IMG/VR virus record: IMGVR_UViG_3300045988_137242
Source of the DNA: a virus
Direction: 5' to 3' (one strand)
DNA length: 64,000 bases
Shown here: in pieces, positions 8,106 through 16,366 of the stretch
Layout: every line of letters begins with the position of its first letter
Numbering within the stretch: the stretch's first letter is position 1
Program-made: the position numbers and the translations under genes
Notes under the pieces: model-generated
What the model was told of the DNA's origin: nothing
Databases searched by the model: none
Seen by the model: only the letters and a program-made list of their open reading frames with translations

Positions 8106-8770
8106 AAAATCGAACTTTTTTATTTTAACACAATTATATTTTACATATATATAATATATATTTATTATATTAATTAAGTTAATCAACTTAATCATGAATG
8201 GGCAATGTTTGCTGAGATTTGAGCAGAATTCCCCCTTACCCGCCAAGACTGTTTTGTCTTTAGGTCGGGCAGGGGTTTTCTGCGGTCGTTATGAACGGTG
8301 TAAAGTCCCTTCGACTCTCGCTCCTCATGCCAATCAACAGCAATATTGGTGGTACAGATTTTCCGTGTTGTTACGTCCTTGCCCTGCTCTGTACATTCAT
8401 TCCACAGGACCCTCTCATCGCAAGCCCAAAGAGGGTGTTTATTTTATAGTCTTGACGAAGTTGGTGTATTGAGCCGTCGCTAAGTCTTGACTTGTCTGTC
8501 GGGTTAAACAAAAGCCCTTTGACGAGAGCAAATTTATGTCGATTTTCGGTAGCTTCCAAGGATTGTTAAAATCGCTTTAAGAATTTAATTATATATAATT
8601 CGTAAACGATTATACGAAAATTATTTGTGTTACACCTGTGTTATCATTATCTTTGTAGGCGAAGAATAAGTTAATGGCAGTCAGAGAGATAGGTGAAATG
8701 TCTGATAATCCCAACGGAATCACAAAAATGTAAAAATTTACGCTTAAAAAAAGACATTTTATCCTTTGCT

Positions 8771-8813
8771 GAACGGCTGTAATTGCTTATAAATCAAGCT
8801 TTTACAGCCGTTC
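8771..8813. other. 12-bp perfect inverted repeat (hairpin/cruciform) between the repeat clusters
   Basis: GAACGGCTGTAA (8771-8782) pairs with TTACAGCCGTTC (8802-8813) across a 19-nt spacer. Confidence 0.5.
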
Positions 8814-8944
8814 TTGCGTTTTTCGGGGGCTATATTTACGTGTTGACGAACGTTCGTATACGTGTATACAATTTTGGATGCCGTAAAACCTTGGAAATCA
8901 GTACTATAGGCTTTTCTTCTACAAAAAGGTAGATTATTGTGTGT

Positions 8945-8952
8945 TACATTTG
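8945..8952 (+). promoter_or_regulatory. candidate -7 box TACATTTG for int
   Basis: Matches TAnnTTTG, lies 65 nt upstream of the int ATG, and overlaps the TGTGTTAC repeats. Confidence 0.35.
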
Positions 8953-9016
8953 TGTTACCCGTGATATGAGTTGTGATACCAAAAATCGCAATTTGTGTTA
9001 CCAAAAAAGGAAGAAA

Positions 9017-10153
9017 ATGAAAGATGTAAATTTAAGTATTATTCACAACAGAACTAAGCGAGGAACGCCTAAAAAGGCGGTTTCGGTGGAATTTCGCTTC
9101 ACTTTGAATCGTGAACGGAAGTATGTCTCTACAGGCATTAAAGTTTGTGTCGGGCAGTTTTCTGACAAGCGTTGTGTTATCATCCGGCATCCCGAAGCGG
9201 ACGAACTTAACAGGAAATTGGATATTATGTACCGAAGGATGCTTGAGGTGGTGCATAAGATGAACGAGGAAAAGGTGACGGACTTGTCTCGTCTGTCTGA
9301 CTTCCTGCGTGCTGACGAGGGTGAGAGAATGTCGTTTGCGGAGTATTGCGAGAAGAGGAAGGAGGAGCGCAACGTGTGCGAGAATACGAGGAAGAGGTAT
9401 GCGGTGTTTATCCGCTTCTTGAAGTCGTGGGGTAAGATTCATACGTTTGCGGATTGTAATGTGGCTAAGGTTAGGGCGATGGATGAATATCTGCACAAGA
9501 TGGGGTTGTCGCAAGGTACGGTGTACAATTATCACAAATATCTAAAGCTCTTTATACATGATGCCGTTATTGACGGATATATTACGGAGAATCCTTATAC
9601 TCGTCTGCCGTTCACTATTGCCAGGGGTGAGAAGCAGTATGTGGACTGCATCAACGAGGAACAGTTTGACGCAATTAAAGGATTGCGCATCAAGACTGTA
9701 CACATAAGGAAAGCGAGGGACTTGTTTTTGTTTCAATGTTATACAGGCTTGGCTTACTCGGACCTCATGTCGTTTGACTATGACAACTGCGAGGATATTG
9801 GTGGCAAGTTGTTCTATCATGCCAAGAGGACGAAGACGGACACGGATTTTGTTTTTCAATTGCTTCCTCCTGCGGTGGCTTTGTTGGAGAAGTATGACTA
9901 TCTGTTGCCGAAGATGAGCAATCAGAAGTATAATGATTATCTGAAGGTGGTTGGCGGTTTGGTCGGTGTGTCTAATCTGCACAGCCACATGGGTAGGGCT
10001 ACGGCTGCTACATTGTTTTTGTCGAAAGGCATGCCTATAAACATTGTGGCGAGGGTTCTTGGGCATACTACGCTGAAGCAGACTACGAGGTATGCGAGGA
10101 CGCTGAATAAGGATGTGATGGGGGCTTTCGACAAGTTGGAAGGTAAGATGTAG
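9017..10153 (+). CDS. int: tyrosine recombinase / phage integrase (Bacteroidota type)
   Basis: 378 aa from MKDVNLSIIHNRTKRG (arm-binding N-domain style). C-terminal catalytic signature HMGRATAATL ... LGHTTLKQTTRYA (H-x-x-R ... H ... Y). Confidence 0.9.
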   Translation: MKDVNLSIIHNRTKRGTPKKAVSVEFRFTLNRERKYVSTGIKVCVGQFSDKRCVIIRHPEADELNRKLDIMYRRMLEVVHKMNEEKVTDLSRLSDFLRADEGERMSFAEYCEKRKEERNVCENTRKRYAVFIRFLKSWGKIHTFADCNVAKVRAMDEYLHKMGLSQGTVYNYHKYLKLFIHDAVIDGYITENPYTRLPFTIARGEKQYVDCINEEQFDAIKGLRIKTVHIRKARDLFLFQCYTGLAYSDLMSFDYDNCEDIGGKLFYHAKRTKTDTDFVFQLLPPAVALLEKYDYLLPKMSNQKYNDYLKVVGGLVGVSNLHSHMGRATAATLFLSKGMPINIVARVLGHTTLKQTTRYARTLNKDVMGAFDKLEGKM

Positions 10154-10167
10154 GGGCAATAAAAAAA

Positions 10168-10207
10168 GGGACAGCCGTGTGTTTTTCTTACGGCTGTCCC
10201 TTTTCTT
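10168..10207. terminator. bidirectional intrinsic terminator
   Basis: 11-bp perfect stem GGGACAGCCGT/ACGGCTGTCCC, flanked by A7 upstream and TTTTCTT downstream. It lies between convergent genes. Confidence 0.65.
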
Positions 10208-10604
10208 AGATGTTGTCTCGTTCCCTTTTCTCACGGATGGCTTGGCGGATAAACTCGTTGCTCTTGCCTATCATGCTTTGCAGGAACTCGTACATTTCGT
10301 CATCGGCACGGAAGAATACAAGGTTTGTGAGTGCTTTCGGTCCGATGGGCTTTCGTCCGCTTCCCTTTCTGCGTCCTCCCCAATTAGGGTGAATGTTCAG
10401 TTTCTTGGGGTTGCCCTTGCGTGTGAGCTGCATCTTCATCTTCAGCTTGTCTTTAGAGTAGACTTCGGCTGTGATGGCATCGGGCGTGGAGCGCAGGCAT
10501 GAAGCGACGATAGCTTCAAGATTCTTGGCATTTGAGTATACCACTTCTGTTTCGTCCACTATCAACAGGTCATCATAGAGGACTACTCTCGCTTTGTTGC
10601 TCAT
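10206..10604 (-). CDS. protein with C-terminal ribbon-helix-helix-like domain
   Basis: 132 aa. The C-terminus LVFFRADDEMYEFLQSMIGKSNEFIRQAIREK fits a strand-helix-helix (CopG/Arc-like) pattern. Confidence 0.45.
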   Translation of the reverse strand: MSNKARVVLYDDLLIVDETEVVYSNAKNLEAIVASCLRSTPDAITAEVYSKDKLKMKMQLTRKGNPKKLNIHPNWGGRRKGSGRKPIGPKALTNLVFFRADDEMYEFLQSMIGKSNEFIRQAIREKRERDNI

Positions 10605-10670
10605 CTTATCCTAATATTGCTATAATGATAGTGATGAAGAACACTATCAAGATAAACCATTCCTTTTTGC

Positions 10671-10934
10671 TCATCGTATACCGTCTGTTGGTTCTATTGT
10701 CTTTATTTCTTCTATTCCTTCGTCCTCGGTGAAGAATCTTGTCTTGTGCTCGTCTGCGTATGCGACTGCGACAACTTCTTCTTTGCTGTCCTTGATTACG
10801 CACAAGTCTCCTCTTAGTATTCCTTGTCTGTCAAGGTAGTTTATAGCTGCGCTCTTTATCTCCAATGGGTTCATCTTCTTTGTTATCGTCTCTCCGCTCT
10901 CGGGAAAGACGAAATAGAATATTTGCTTTTTCAT
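10671..10934 (-). CDS. hypothetical protein
   Basis: 87-aa ORF overlapping the upstream gene by 4 nt. Confidence 0.45.
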   Translation of the reverse strand: MKKQIFYFVFPESGETITKKMNPLEIKSAAINYLDRQGILRGDLCVIKDSKEEVVAVAYADEHKTRFFTEDEGIEEIKTIEPTDGIR

Positions 10935-11320
10935 GCTGTTTTCTCCTCTTTTGTTTTGTTGTAAAATATTAATCCGAATCCTCTGTGTGTGACTTCTATT
11001 TCCGCATAGGTGTTTTCATCGAAGTCTCCTGTTTGCTGCTGCTTGATGTCGAAGACATCTGTCTGTAGCAGGTCTTCAAGCATTTCGTTGTTTATGCTTG
11101 TTGCCGTTCCTGTTTCGAGTGTGCAGGGGAAAAGGCGGTCTATGCGGACAAAGTATTTGTGGAACGTGACCTGTACAGGATGCACGATACCGCAATATCC
11201 GCAATATCTTTTCAGAAAGCCGTCTCTTGTGGTGTTGACGGAATATCCGTGCTTGAATAGACGAGAGAGAACGGCTTTCTTTATTCTTCTGTCTATCTCT
11301 ATCGGTTTGACGTGTATCAT
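10931..11320 (-). CDS. hypothetical protein
   Basis: 129-aa ORF coupled to PcfJ-like gene (1-nt overlap). Confidence 0.5.
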   Translation of the reverse strand: MIHVKPIEIDRRIKKAVLSRLFKHGYSVNTTRDGFLKRYCGYCGIVHPVQVTFHKYFVRIDRLFPCTLETGTATSINNEMLEDLLQTDVFDIKQQQTGDFDENTYAEIEVTHRGFGLIFYNKTKEEKTA

Positions 11321-12486
11321 TATGCTGCTTTCCTTTCTTTCTTTGTAATTTTCTTTATCATGTTCATGTTCTCTGTTACGAGTTTCACTATCTGCGTGTG
11401 ATATTTGCTCGGTTGGTTGTTCACTCCTCTACTCTGGACAATAGTAAAGCGTTTTAGGTTTACTTCTATCGTCTCGGTGTGCTTGCCGTTCACCTGTGCG
11501 GAGAGTATGAGTGTGTCTGCCTTCTTGTAATATCCCATGCCGAAGACGCAATGATGCATCAGTTCTCCTTCCTGCTTGAACTCCTTTACGCTCTTAAGAG
11601 GTCGGATAATGATTGTATCATCCGCAATGACGAGGTTGAGGAATTTCTTTATAAACTCCTTGTAGTGCTTCTGTGCTTCCTTGTCGGACATGGCTGCAAG
11701 TTCTCTTCTCCGCTTCTCCTCTGCAAGTTCTATCCTGTTCAGTCTGCGTGAATACAGATTATGTGCTGTCTGTAGGTTCTGCGGACATACATAGAATGGG
11801 TTGTGCGTGTCGTAATGGAGTTGCTTTGCCATGGTAACAACGTCTCTCCAAAGATTGTAGTCAAGTTCCTCTGTAAGGTAGCCGTGCTTCCATGCAAGTT
11901 TGACAATATCCTGCTCGTTCTGCAAGCGGTTAAGCAAGATAAGTTCGGCAATGCGTGGTTTCTGCTTGATGATAGTCTCAAGAAACGGAAATGTGTTTAC
12001 GTTCAAATCGTCCGTGAGCCATACATAATGCTCGCCAATCAGACAGAATTGGTTTTCTGTGTAATTGCAGATTGTGAGCTGCGCTTTCTTGCTACGGATG
12101 AAGAGTTTGGTGTATGATATGTCGGTTAGACGGTTGTAACCATAATTCTTCTTGTTTGTGCGTATTTCCAACGGACTGTCTTTAATGAATGTGTCGAAAT
12201 AATTTTGTCCCATGGAAAAACGCTGTTTGGCTCTTACTGCGTTGCCGTGTTTGCTCATCCATACCTGCATGAACTCTTCGCATACGTTGTCTATCTTCTT
12301 GTGCTTGATGAAAGAGAAGTAGCGGAGTACGGTAAACTCCTGCTTCTGCTCCAACACGGCATAATAGCGTTTGCGGTTGTTCTGCTCTGTATGTTGGCAG
12401 AATTTGTCAATGATATATTTCGGCAATGGGCGAAGTGTCTTTGACAACTCGTTTGCCTGTCTTTGGATTTGGGTCTTTGGTTTCAT
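11320..12486 (-). CDS. PcfJ-like protein
   Basis: 388 aa. C-terminal EGELMHHCVFGMGYYKK ... LILSAQVNGKHTETIEV ... IVQSRG resembles the PcfJ-like domain of conjugative elements. Confidence 0.5.
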   Translation of the reverse strand: MKPKTQIQRQANELSKTLRPLPKYIIDKFCQHTEQNNRKRYYAVLEQKQEFTVLRYFSFIKHKKIDNVCEEFMQVWMSKHGNAVRAKQRFSMGQNYFDTFIKDSPLEIRTNKKNYGYNRLTDISYTKLFIRSKKAQLTICNYTENQFCLIGEHYVWLTDDLNVNTFPFLETIIKQKPRIAELILLNRLQNEQDIVKLAWKHGYLTEELDYNLWRDVVTMAKQLHYDTHNPFYVCPQNLQTAHNLYSRRLNRIELAEEKRRRELAAMSDKEAQKHYKEFIKKFLNLVIADDTIIIRPLKSVKEFKQEGELMHHCVFGMGYYKKADTLILSAQVNGKHTETIEVNLKRFTIVQSRGVNNQPSKYHTQIVKLVTENMNMIKKITKKERKAA

Positions 12487-12752
12487 AATTTATATCTCCC
12501 TTGTTTTATCGCTTTCCCGAACATTGTCATCTGTGTTCGTCCGAAACTTTGTGTATCACTATAATAAGGCGTATAAGTCAAGCGTATATCTTCATCTTTA
12601 TAGCTTTTCGCATAAATGAAATGGCTGCTTAATTTAACACCTTTCTTCACGTAATGAATAAATGCCTTCTTCGCTTCTTTAAGCGTGCTATACTTTATCT
12701 CCTGTGAAATTACAGGATTAAAAATGCTAATAACATAATAATCTATCTTCAT
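12483..12752 (-). CDS. hypothetical protein
   Basis: 89-aa ORF with a 4-nt overlap to the downstream gene. Confidence 0.5.
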   Translation of the reverse strand: MKIDYYVISIFNPVISQEIKYSTLKEAKKAFIHYVKKGVKLSSHFIYAKSYKDEDIRLTYTPYYSDTQSFGRTQMTMFGKAIKQGRYKL

Positions 12753-12764
12753 ATCATAATAATC

Positions 12765-13154
12765 TTAGAATAAACTTAGTTCTTGGCATTTCGGGTTCTT
12801 GCTCTCTTTCTTTTTTATAGTTACCTTGCGCTTTAGCTTTATTTCCTTTGCTACGGTGGTGGTCCGCTCCTCCTGCTTAGGCTGTTCGGTGGAAACATTG
12901 CTCGGTAGCTGCTCTACCTTGACGCTGTCCTCTTGATAGTAGTGGATTATCTGCCCTGTCATGGATTCGTCGCTCCGTCCTACGCAACGGCATCTGCCTT
13001 TTCCGTTCTTGATTTCCTTGTATGCTTCACCTTGCAGATATTTGGCACATTCATCCACTGACTTGTTGGGCTTGGATAATAGAGCCTTGAAGTCTGCATC
13101 CTTTGCGCTCTGCTGCTTTATCAGCATTTCAATGTATTTCTTTAGCTCGTCCAT
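12765..13154 (-). CDS. PcfK-like protein (tentative)
   Basis: 129 aa. SVDECAKYLQGEAYK ... IIHYYQED pattern plus a basic tail. PcfK-like genes commonly accompany PcfJ-like genes. Confidence 0.35.
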   Translation of the reverse strand: MDELKKYIEMLIKQQSAKDADFKALLSKPNKSVDECAKYLQGEAYKEIKNGKGRCRCVGRSDESMTGQIIHYYQEDSVKVEQLPSNVSTEQPKQEERTTTVAKEIKLKRKVTIKKKESKNPKCQELSLF

Positions 13155-13160
13155 AATAAG

Positions 13161-13517
13161 TTAGGCTTTAAAGTTGTAAATCTTTTTAATTCTCTCTTTC
13201 TCTGCAATGAGTTTCGCTTTCAGAGTGTCCCATTTGCTTACTATAACTTCAAGTTCCGTGAAGGGCTGCTCATGTGTTCTCACAAGTGAGGTCAACGACT
13301 TTCGGCTGTTGTTGTTGTAGAAACAACTTTTCCCTCGGAGCGTGAAATCTCCTTGCGTCCTCGTCAGTTGTACCTTGCCGTTTTCTATTGCAAGTAGCGT
13401 TCTTGCACTCGGATATAAGATAATAACTATCTCCTTGCAGTTGTCGGAAATCCATTGTTGGATGTCGTTCCAACAACGGATTAGCTGCATATTTTTGTTT
13501 ACATCGGGTTTCTTCAT
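13161..13517 (-). CDS. hypothetical protein
   Basis: 118-aa ORF in operon packing. Confidence 0.5.
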   Translation of the reverse strand: MKKPDVNKNMQLIRCWNDIQQWISDNCKEIVIILYPSARTLLAIENGKVQLTRTQGDFTLRGKSCFYNNNSRKSLTSLVRTHEQPFTELEVIVSKWDTLKAKLIAEKERIKKIYNFKA

Positions 13518-13801
13518 TTGCTCTTTATCTTTAGTTCCTTACAGACTGTCTCCTTAATATCCTTGCTCATGTATTGGCGGTAGCACTTACCGCTTTTTGA
13601 CTTGCGCCAAATATAGCATGCGCCTGTATATTTGTTTATCACTATCGGATAGGCTTTGCCTTTTGACTCGAAATTGTATGGGGTAACTAACGTATCTCGT
13701 TCGGTCTTCCGTTGGCGAGTAAAGGTGTTGCCTTTTCTTATAGTTTGCCCTACTGCGCACATGGCGCAAAACAGGGCTGCGGTGATGATTAGATATTTCA
13801 T
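13514..13801 (-). CDS. small secreted protein
   Basis: 95 aa with an N-terminal signal-like MKYLIITAALFCAMCAVGQ. Confidence 0.5.
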   Translation of the reverse strand: MKYLIITAALFCAMCAVGQTIRKGNTFTRQRKTERDTLVTPYNFESKGKAYPIVINKYTGACYIWRKSKSGKCYRQYMSKDIKETVCKELKIKSK

Positions 13802-13808
13802 AATTCTT

Positions 13809-14270
13809 TTAGTTTATATTGTCGCAAATTGCAATACGCAACCCTGCACTGATGAGTTTTGGTAGGTAGGTGTCAAGTGCAGAGTAAGGGAATCCTGCCA
13901 AGCGCAATGGCTGTCCGTCTTCTTCTTTCATCGTGTTGTATCTTGTCAGCGTAATGTTGAGAATATCGGCAACGACTTCTGCGTCTTCGCTGTATGCTTC
14001 GTAAAAATCCCCTGTGCGGAACAATAGGGTACAGTCGGGGTGTTTCTCTTTTATGGATGCCCACCTTTCATGCAATGTCCTTTGCTCCTTTGGCTCATAC
14101 TGTCTCTCTTTTGCCTTAATGTTCTTGCCAATCATGTAGCTAATCTCGCTCTCCTTGTATTTTAGCGTTTTGAACAGGTAGTCTTCAACTTCTGTTATGC
14201 TCCATGTGTCGGGGCAATTACAGATTTTCTCTACCGTGCATGTCTGATAGTTTAAAATTGCTATATCCAT
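13809..14270 (-). CDS. orphan MutS domain I (mismatch-binding domain) protein
   Basis: The C-terminal 90 aa, [37 protein letters not shown] ... [27 protein letters not shown], align motif for motif with the MutS N-terminal domain, including the GDFYE Phe-x-Glu. No ATPase or clamp domains are present. Confidence 0.7.
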   Translation of the reverse strand: MDIAILNYQTCTVEKICNCPDTWSITEVEDYLFKTLKYKESEISYMIGKNIKAKERQYEPKEQRTLHERWASIKEKHPDCTLLFRTGDFYEAYSEDAEVVADILNITLTRYNTMKEEDGQPLRLAGFPYSALDTYLPKLISAGLRIAICDNIN

Positions 14271-14350
14271 AATCTATATGTTTAAGTTAATAAATAGTGC
14301 CGTTGGCGGTGTCGCTCCGCTATTGGTTTCTGTCCCCAACGGCTATGGTT

Positions 14351-14623
14351 TCAAGCGTAAAACAATAGGGTTATAATGTTGTCTGTTGTTACCTGCCTAA
14401 TCAGCAAGTTCGGGTCAATTGCATTTTTGCGGATGCTTACCGTGTAAGCTATATCCGTTATCTCTCCCTCCTGCATCTTGATATAGGCTTTCGTCTCTGT
14501 CCGATACAAGATTGTGTCTTTGCCGTTTATCTTGCCTGTTAGAGTATTAATTAACTCTCTTCCTGTACCCTCGTCAAAGATTCTCTTCAACTCTGTAGGG
14601 CTGCTGCATCTGTATGTATTCAT
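14351..14623 (-). CDS. hypothetical protein
   Basis: 90-aa ORF with a 4-nt overlap to the upstream gene. Confidence 0.45.
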   Translation of the reverse strand: MNTYRCSSPTELKRIFDEGTGRELINTLTGKINGKDTILYRTETKAYIKMQEGEITDIAYTVSIRKNAIDPNLLIRQVTTDNIITLLFYA

Positions 14624-14883
14624 TTTCTGTAAAGTATTATTGATGTTCCGTCTAAATCTACGTCAAAACCTTGTATTTGGTTTCTTCTCTCTGCAATGGC
14701 TCCTGCAACTTCTCTCGCTAAAAAGGTGTAATAAGGTCGGATATATACGTATTCCTGTCTTATCAGTACTTGCACAGGGCAATTACTGATAGCTCCTGTT
14801 AGCTCGTTGCGGTATAAGCCAACATTGTAGATTTTGTTGTCAAATAAGGCTCTGATTTCTTCGGGGTTGATTACTTTTTCCAT
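14620..14883 (-). CDS. hypothetical protein
   Basis: 87-aa ORF. Confidence 0.45.
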   Translation of the reverse strand: MEKVINPEEIRALFDNKIYNVGLYRNELTGAISNCPVQVLIRQEYVYIRPYYTFLAREVAGAIAERRNQIQGFDVDLDGTSIILYRK

Positions 14884-14902
14884 ATCTGTAGTGTTTTTTT
14901 AA

Positions 14903-15217
14903 TTAAGCATGTGTTATAATTTCATTTGCAAGTATATACATTCTGCCTTTTCCGTATGTCTCAATGAACTCGTCTATAACATCATCAATGCTACAAGAGT
15001 CTGTAATTGTATTCCACTCTTTTGTGTGATGAAAAAATGAGCCGTAAGAGTACCAACATATCTTGTAATTCCATCCGATTGGCATGTAGCCGAACTCGTC
15101 AGGATTATACTCGCTACATATATATAGCTTGCAATAATTCCCCTTATGGGTTCTTATTTCATTTGTCGGTGCTATTGGAATATCCTTTCCATAGCCGTAA
15201 GTTATTCGTCCGTTCAT
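14903..15217 (-). CDS. hypothetical protein
   Basis: 104-aa ORF, W/Y/C-rich. A purine-rich leader AAAAAGGAGATAAGAA precedes the ATG. Confidence 0.5.
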   Translation of the reverse strand: MNGRITYGYGKDIPIAPTNEIRTHKGNYCKLYICSEYNPDEFGYMPIGWNYKICWYSYGSFFHHTKEWNTITDSCSIDDVIDEFIETYGKGRMYILANEIITHA

Positions 15218-15229
15218 TTCTTATCTCCT

Positions 15230-15700
15230 TTTTTGATTAGGTTTGGGGGCGGCTGCTTGCAGCCGTGGGGGGCGAAGCCCCTTATCCCTTAAAATTTTTG
15301 CACGGTGTACGTTGTGCTCCCTACGTCTGCAACTATGTAGCCTACGCTTTGCAGTTAAACTCCGCATATAGAGTAGCCGTCTATCGGATGCTAAGCCGAC
15401 GTATGATTTTCCGACTTCACTACGCTTTGTCGGTACGGACTGCCCTCCGCACAGGGTTGTTACGTTTCCTCGGTTTGTGGGGTTGTCTCCCCGATTTCCG
15501 CTTTCAGTCGTTTTTTATAAGGTGGTCGGCTCAAAGGTAACTACTAACCGCAAATCACTTCCACCATCTTAGCTAAGTGTGTAGGTAGGATAGACGTTGC
15601 ATCTACCCCGAACGGCTTGATACCGTATCTACCTTTATTCCTCCGTGAAATGTTTATAATGTCTGCCTACATATATTCCTACAATGTAGGCAATGAGTGA
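15230..15700 (-). ncRNA. candidate structured non-coding RNA (unknown class)
   Basis: This is the only long gap in an otherwise gap-free operon, and no ORF lies on the operon strand. GC is visibly higher than in the flanks. Many short stems carry GAAA-type loops, and two stem-loops share the decamer CTACGCTTTG (15342-15351 and 15420-15429). Confidence 0.3.
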
Positions 15701-15711
15701 TGTTATTGTTA

Positions 15712-15942
15712 TTATTGCCATTTCGTTGTCCTCCCTGCTATTTTAGGGTATGTCTTGTCAATCAGTCGGCAAACGTTGTCGCTACCGTCATATCTCTCAA
15801 GTGTACCGTCGTCCTCCATATTATATAATAATGTGCGGATGTCCTTCTTCAGCTGATGATTTTCTTGTGCCAATCTGTTCATGTTCGCACAACTTGCTAT
15901 CAGCATAGCTATTACTGCTATCAATGTTAGTTTCGTTTTCAT
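15712..15942 (-). CDS. small lipoprotein
   Basis: 76 aa with signal plus lipobox MKTKLTLIAVIAMLIASC. Confidence 0.55.
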   Translation of the reverse strand: MKTKLTLIAVIAMLIASCANMNRLAQENHQLKKDIRTLLYNMEDDGTLERYDGSDNVCRLIDKTYPKIAGRTTKWQ

Positions 15943-16024
15943 TTTCTTGTCTCCTGTTTTTGTTAAATATTGTGCCGTGTGTGGGCTTGAACCACATGCG
16001 AGCCTTTTCTCTCACGGCTAAGGA

Positions 16025-16351
16025 TTATCTCCTTTTTGCTTGAAAATCCATCCACCACATATCCAAATCTTCTTGCACCTCCTCAAATATGGTGTTGACT
16101 TTTACGTATTTGCTTTCATTTTTCTTGATGAAAGATTTTGCCATCTTTAAGCAATAAGTTCCTGCAAAGCTTCCGCCCTCCGTTTGATGATTGCCGTAAT
16201 AGATTGTGAAGTGGTTGGTGTCTTCTTTTTTATGCCCTTTTCTTTGTCCTACGGCAAGTATACCGTAAAAGGCATTATGAAAAATGTACTGTTCACCTGT
16301 GAATATTACATTTACTTCGCAATTGTTTCGATTTAGTTTTGTTATCTCCAT
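16025..16351 (-). CDS. hypothetical protein
   Basis: 108-aa ORF. Confidence 0.5.
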   Translation of the reverse strand: MEITKLNRNNCEVNVIFTGEQYIFHNAFYGILAVGQRKGHKKEDTNHFTIYYGNHQTEGGSFAGTYCLKMAKSFIKKNESKYVKVNTIFEEVQEDLDMWWMDFQAKRR

Positions 16352-16366
16352 GATTCTTATCTCCTA

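Larger units (their letters stand above)
8624..9001 (+). repeat. direct TGTGTTAC repeats in two clusters (arm-type integrase site candidates)
   Basis: Perfect copies at 8626-8633, 8940-8947, 8951-8958 and 8994-9001. Variants at 8637-8644 (TGTGTTAT) and 8972-8979 (TGTGATAC). All copies are in the same orientation and flank about 290 bp just upstream of int. Confidence 0.45.

Noticed and set aside
8361-8404. Possible tRNA (TGGTGGTACAGA ... TCTGTAC looked like a reverse-complemented CCA end plus acceptor).
   Set aside because: No T-loop (GGTTCRANNCC) or D-arm can be placed. It is only a 7-bp hairpin with a 29-nt loop.
9032-10234. Two minus-strand ORFs (167 and 230 aa) opposite the integrase gene.
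   Set aside because: The integrase frame has the full catalytic signature. The antisense ORFs are R/H/L-rich shadows that run through the terminator hairpin.
15265-15540. 91-aa plus-strand ORF inside the 15.2-15.7 kb gap.
   Set aside because: It lies on the opposite strand to the surrounding operon, has no start context, is R/L/C/A-rich, and coincides with the stacked hairpins. It is treated as non-coding.
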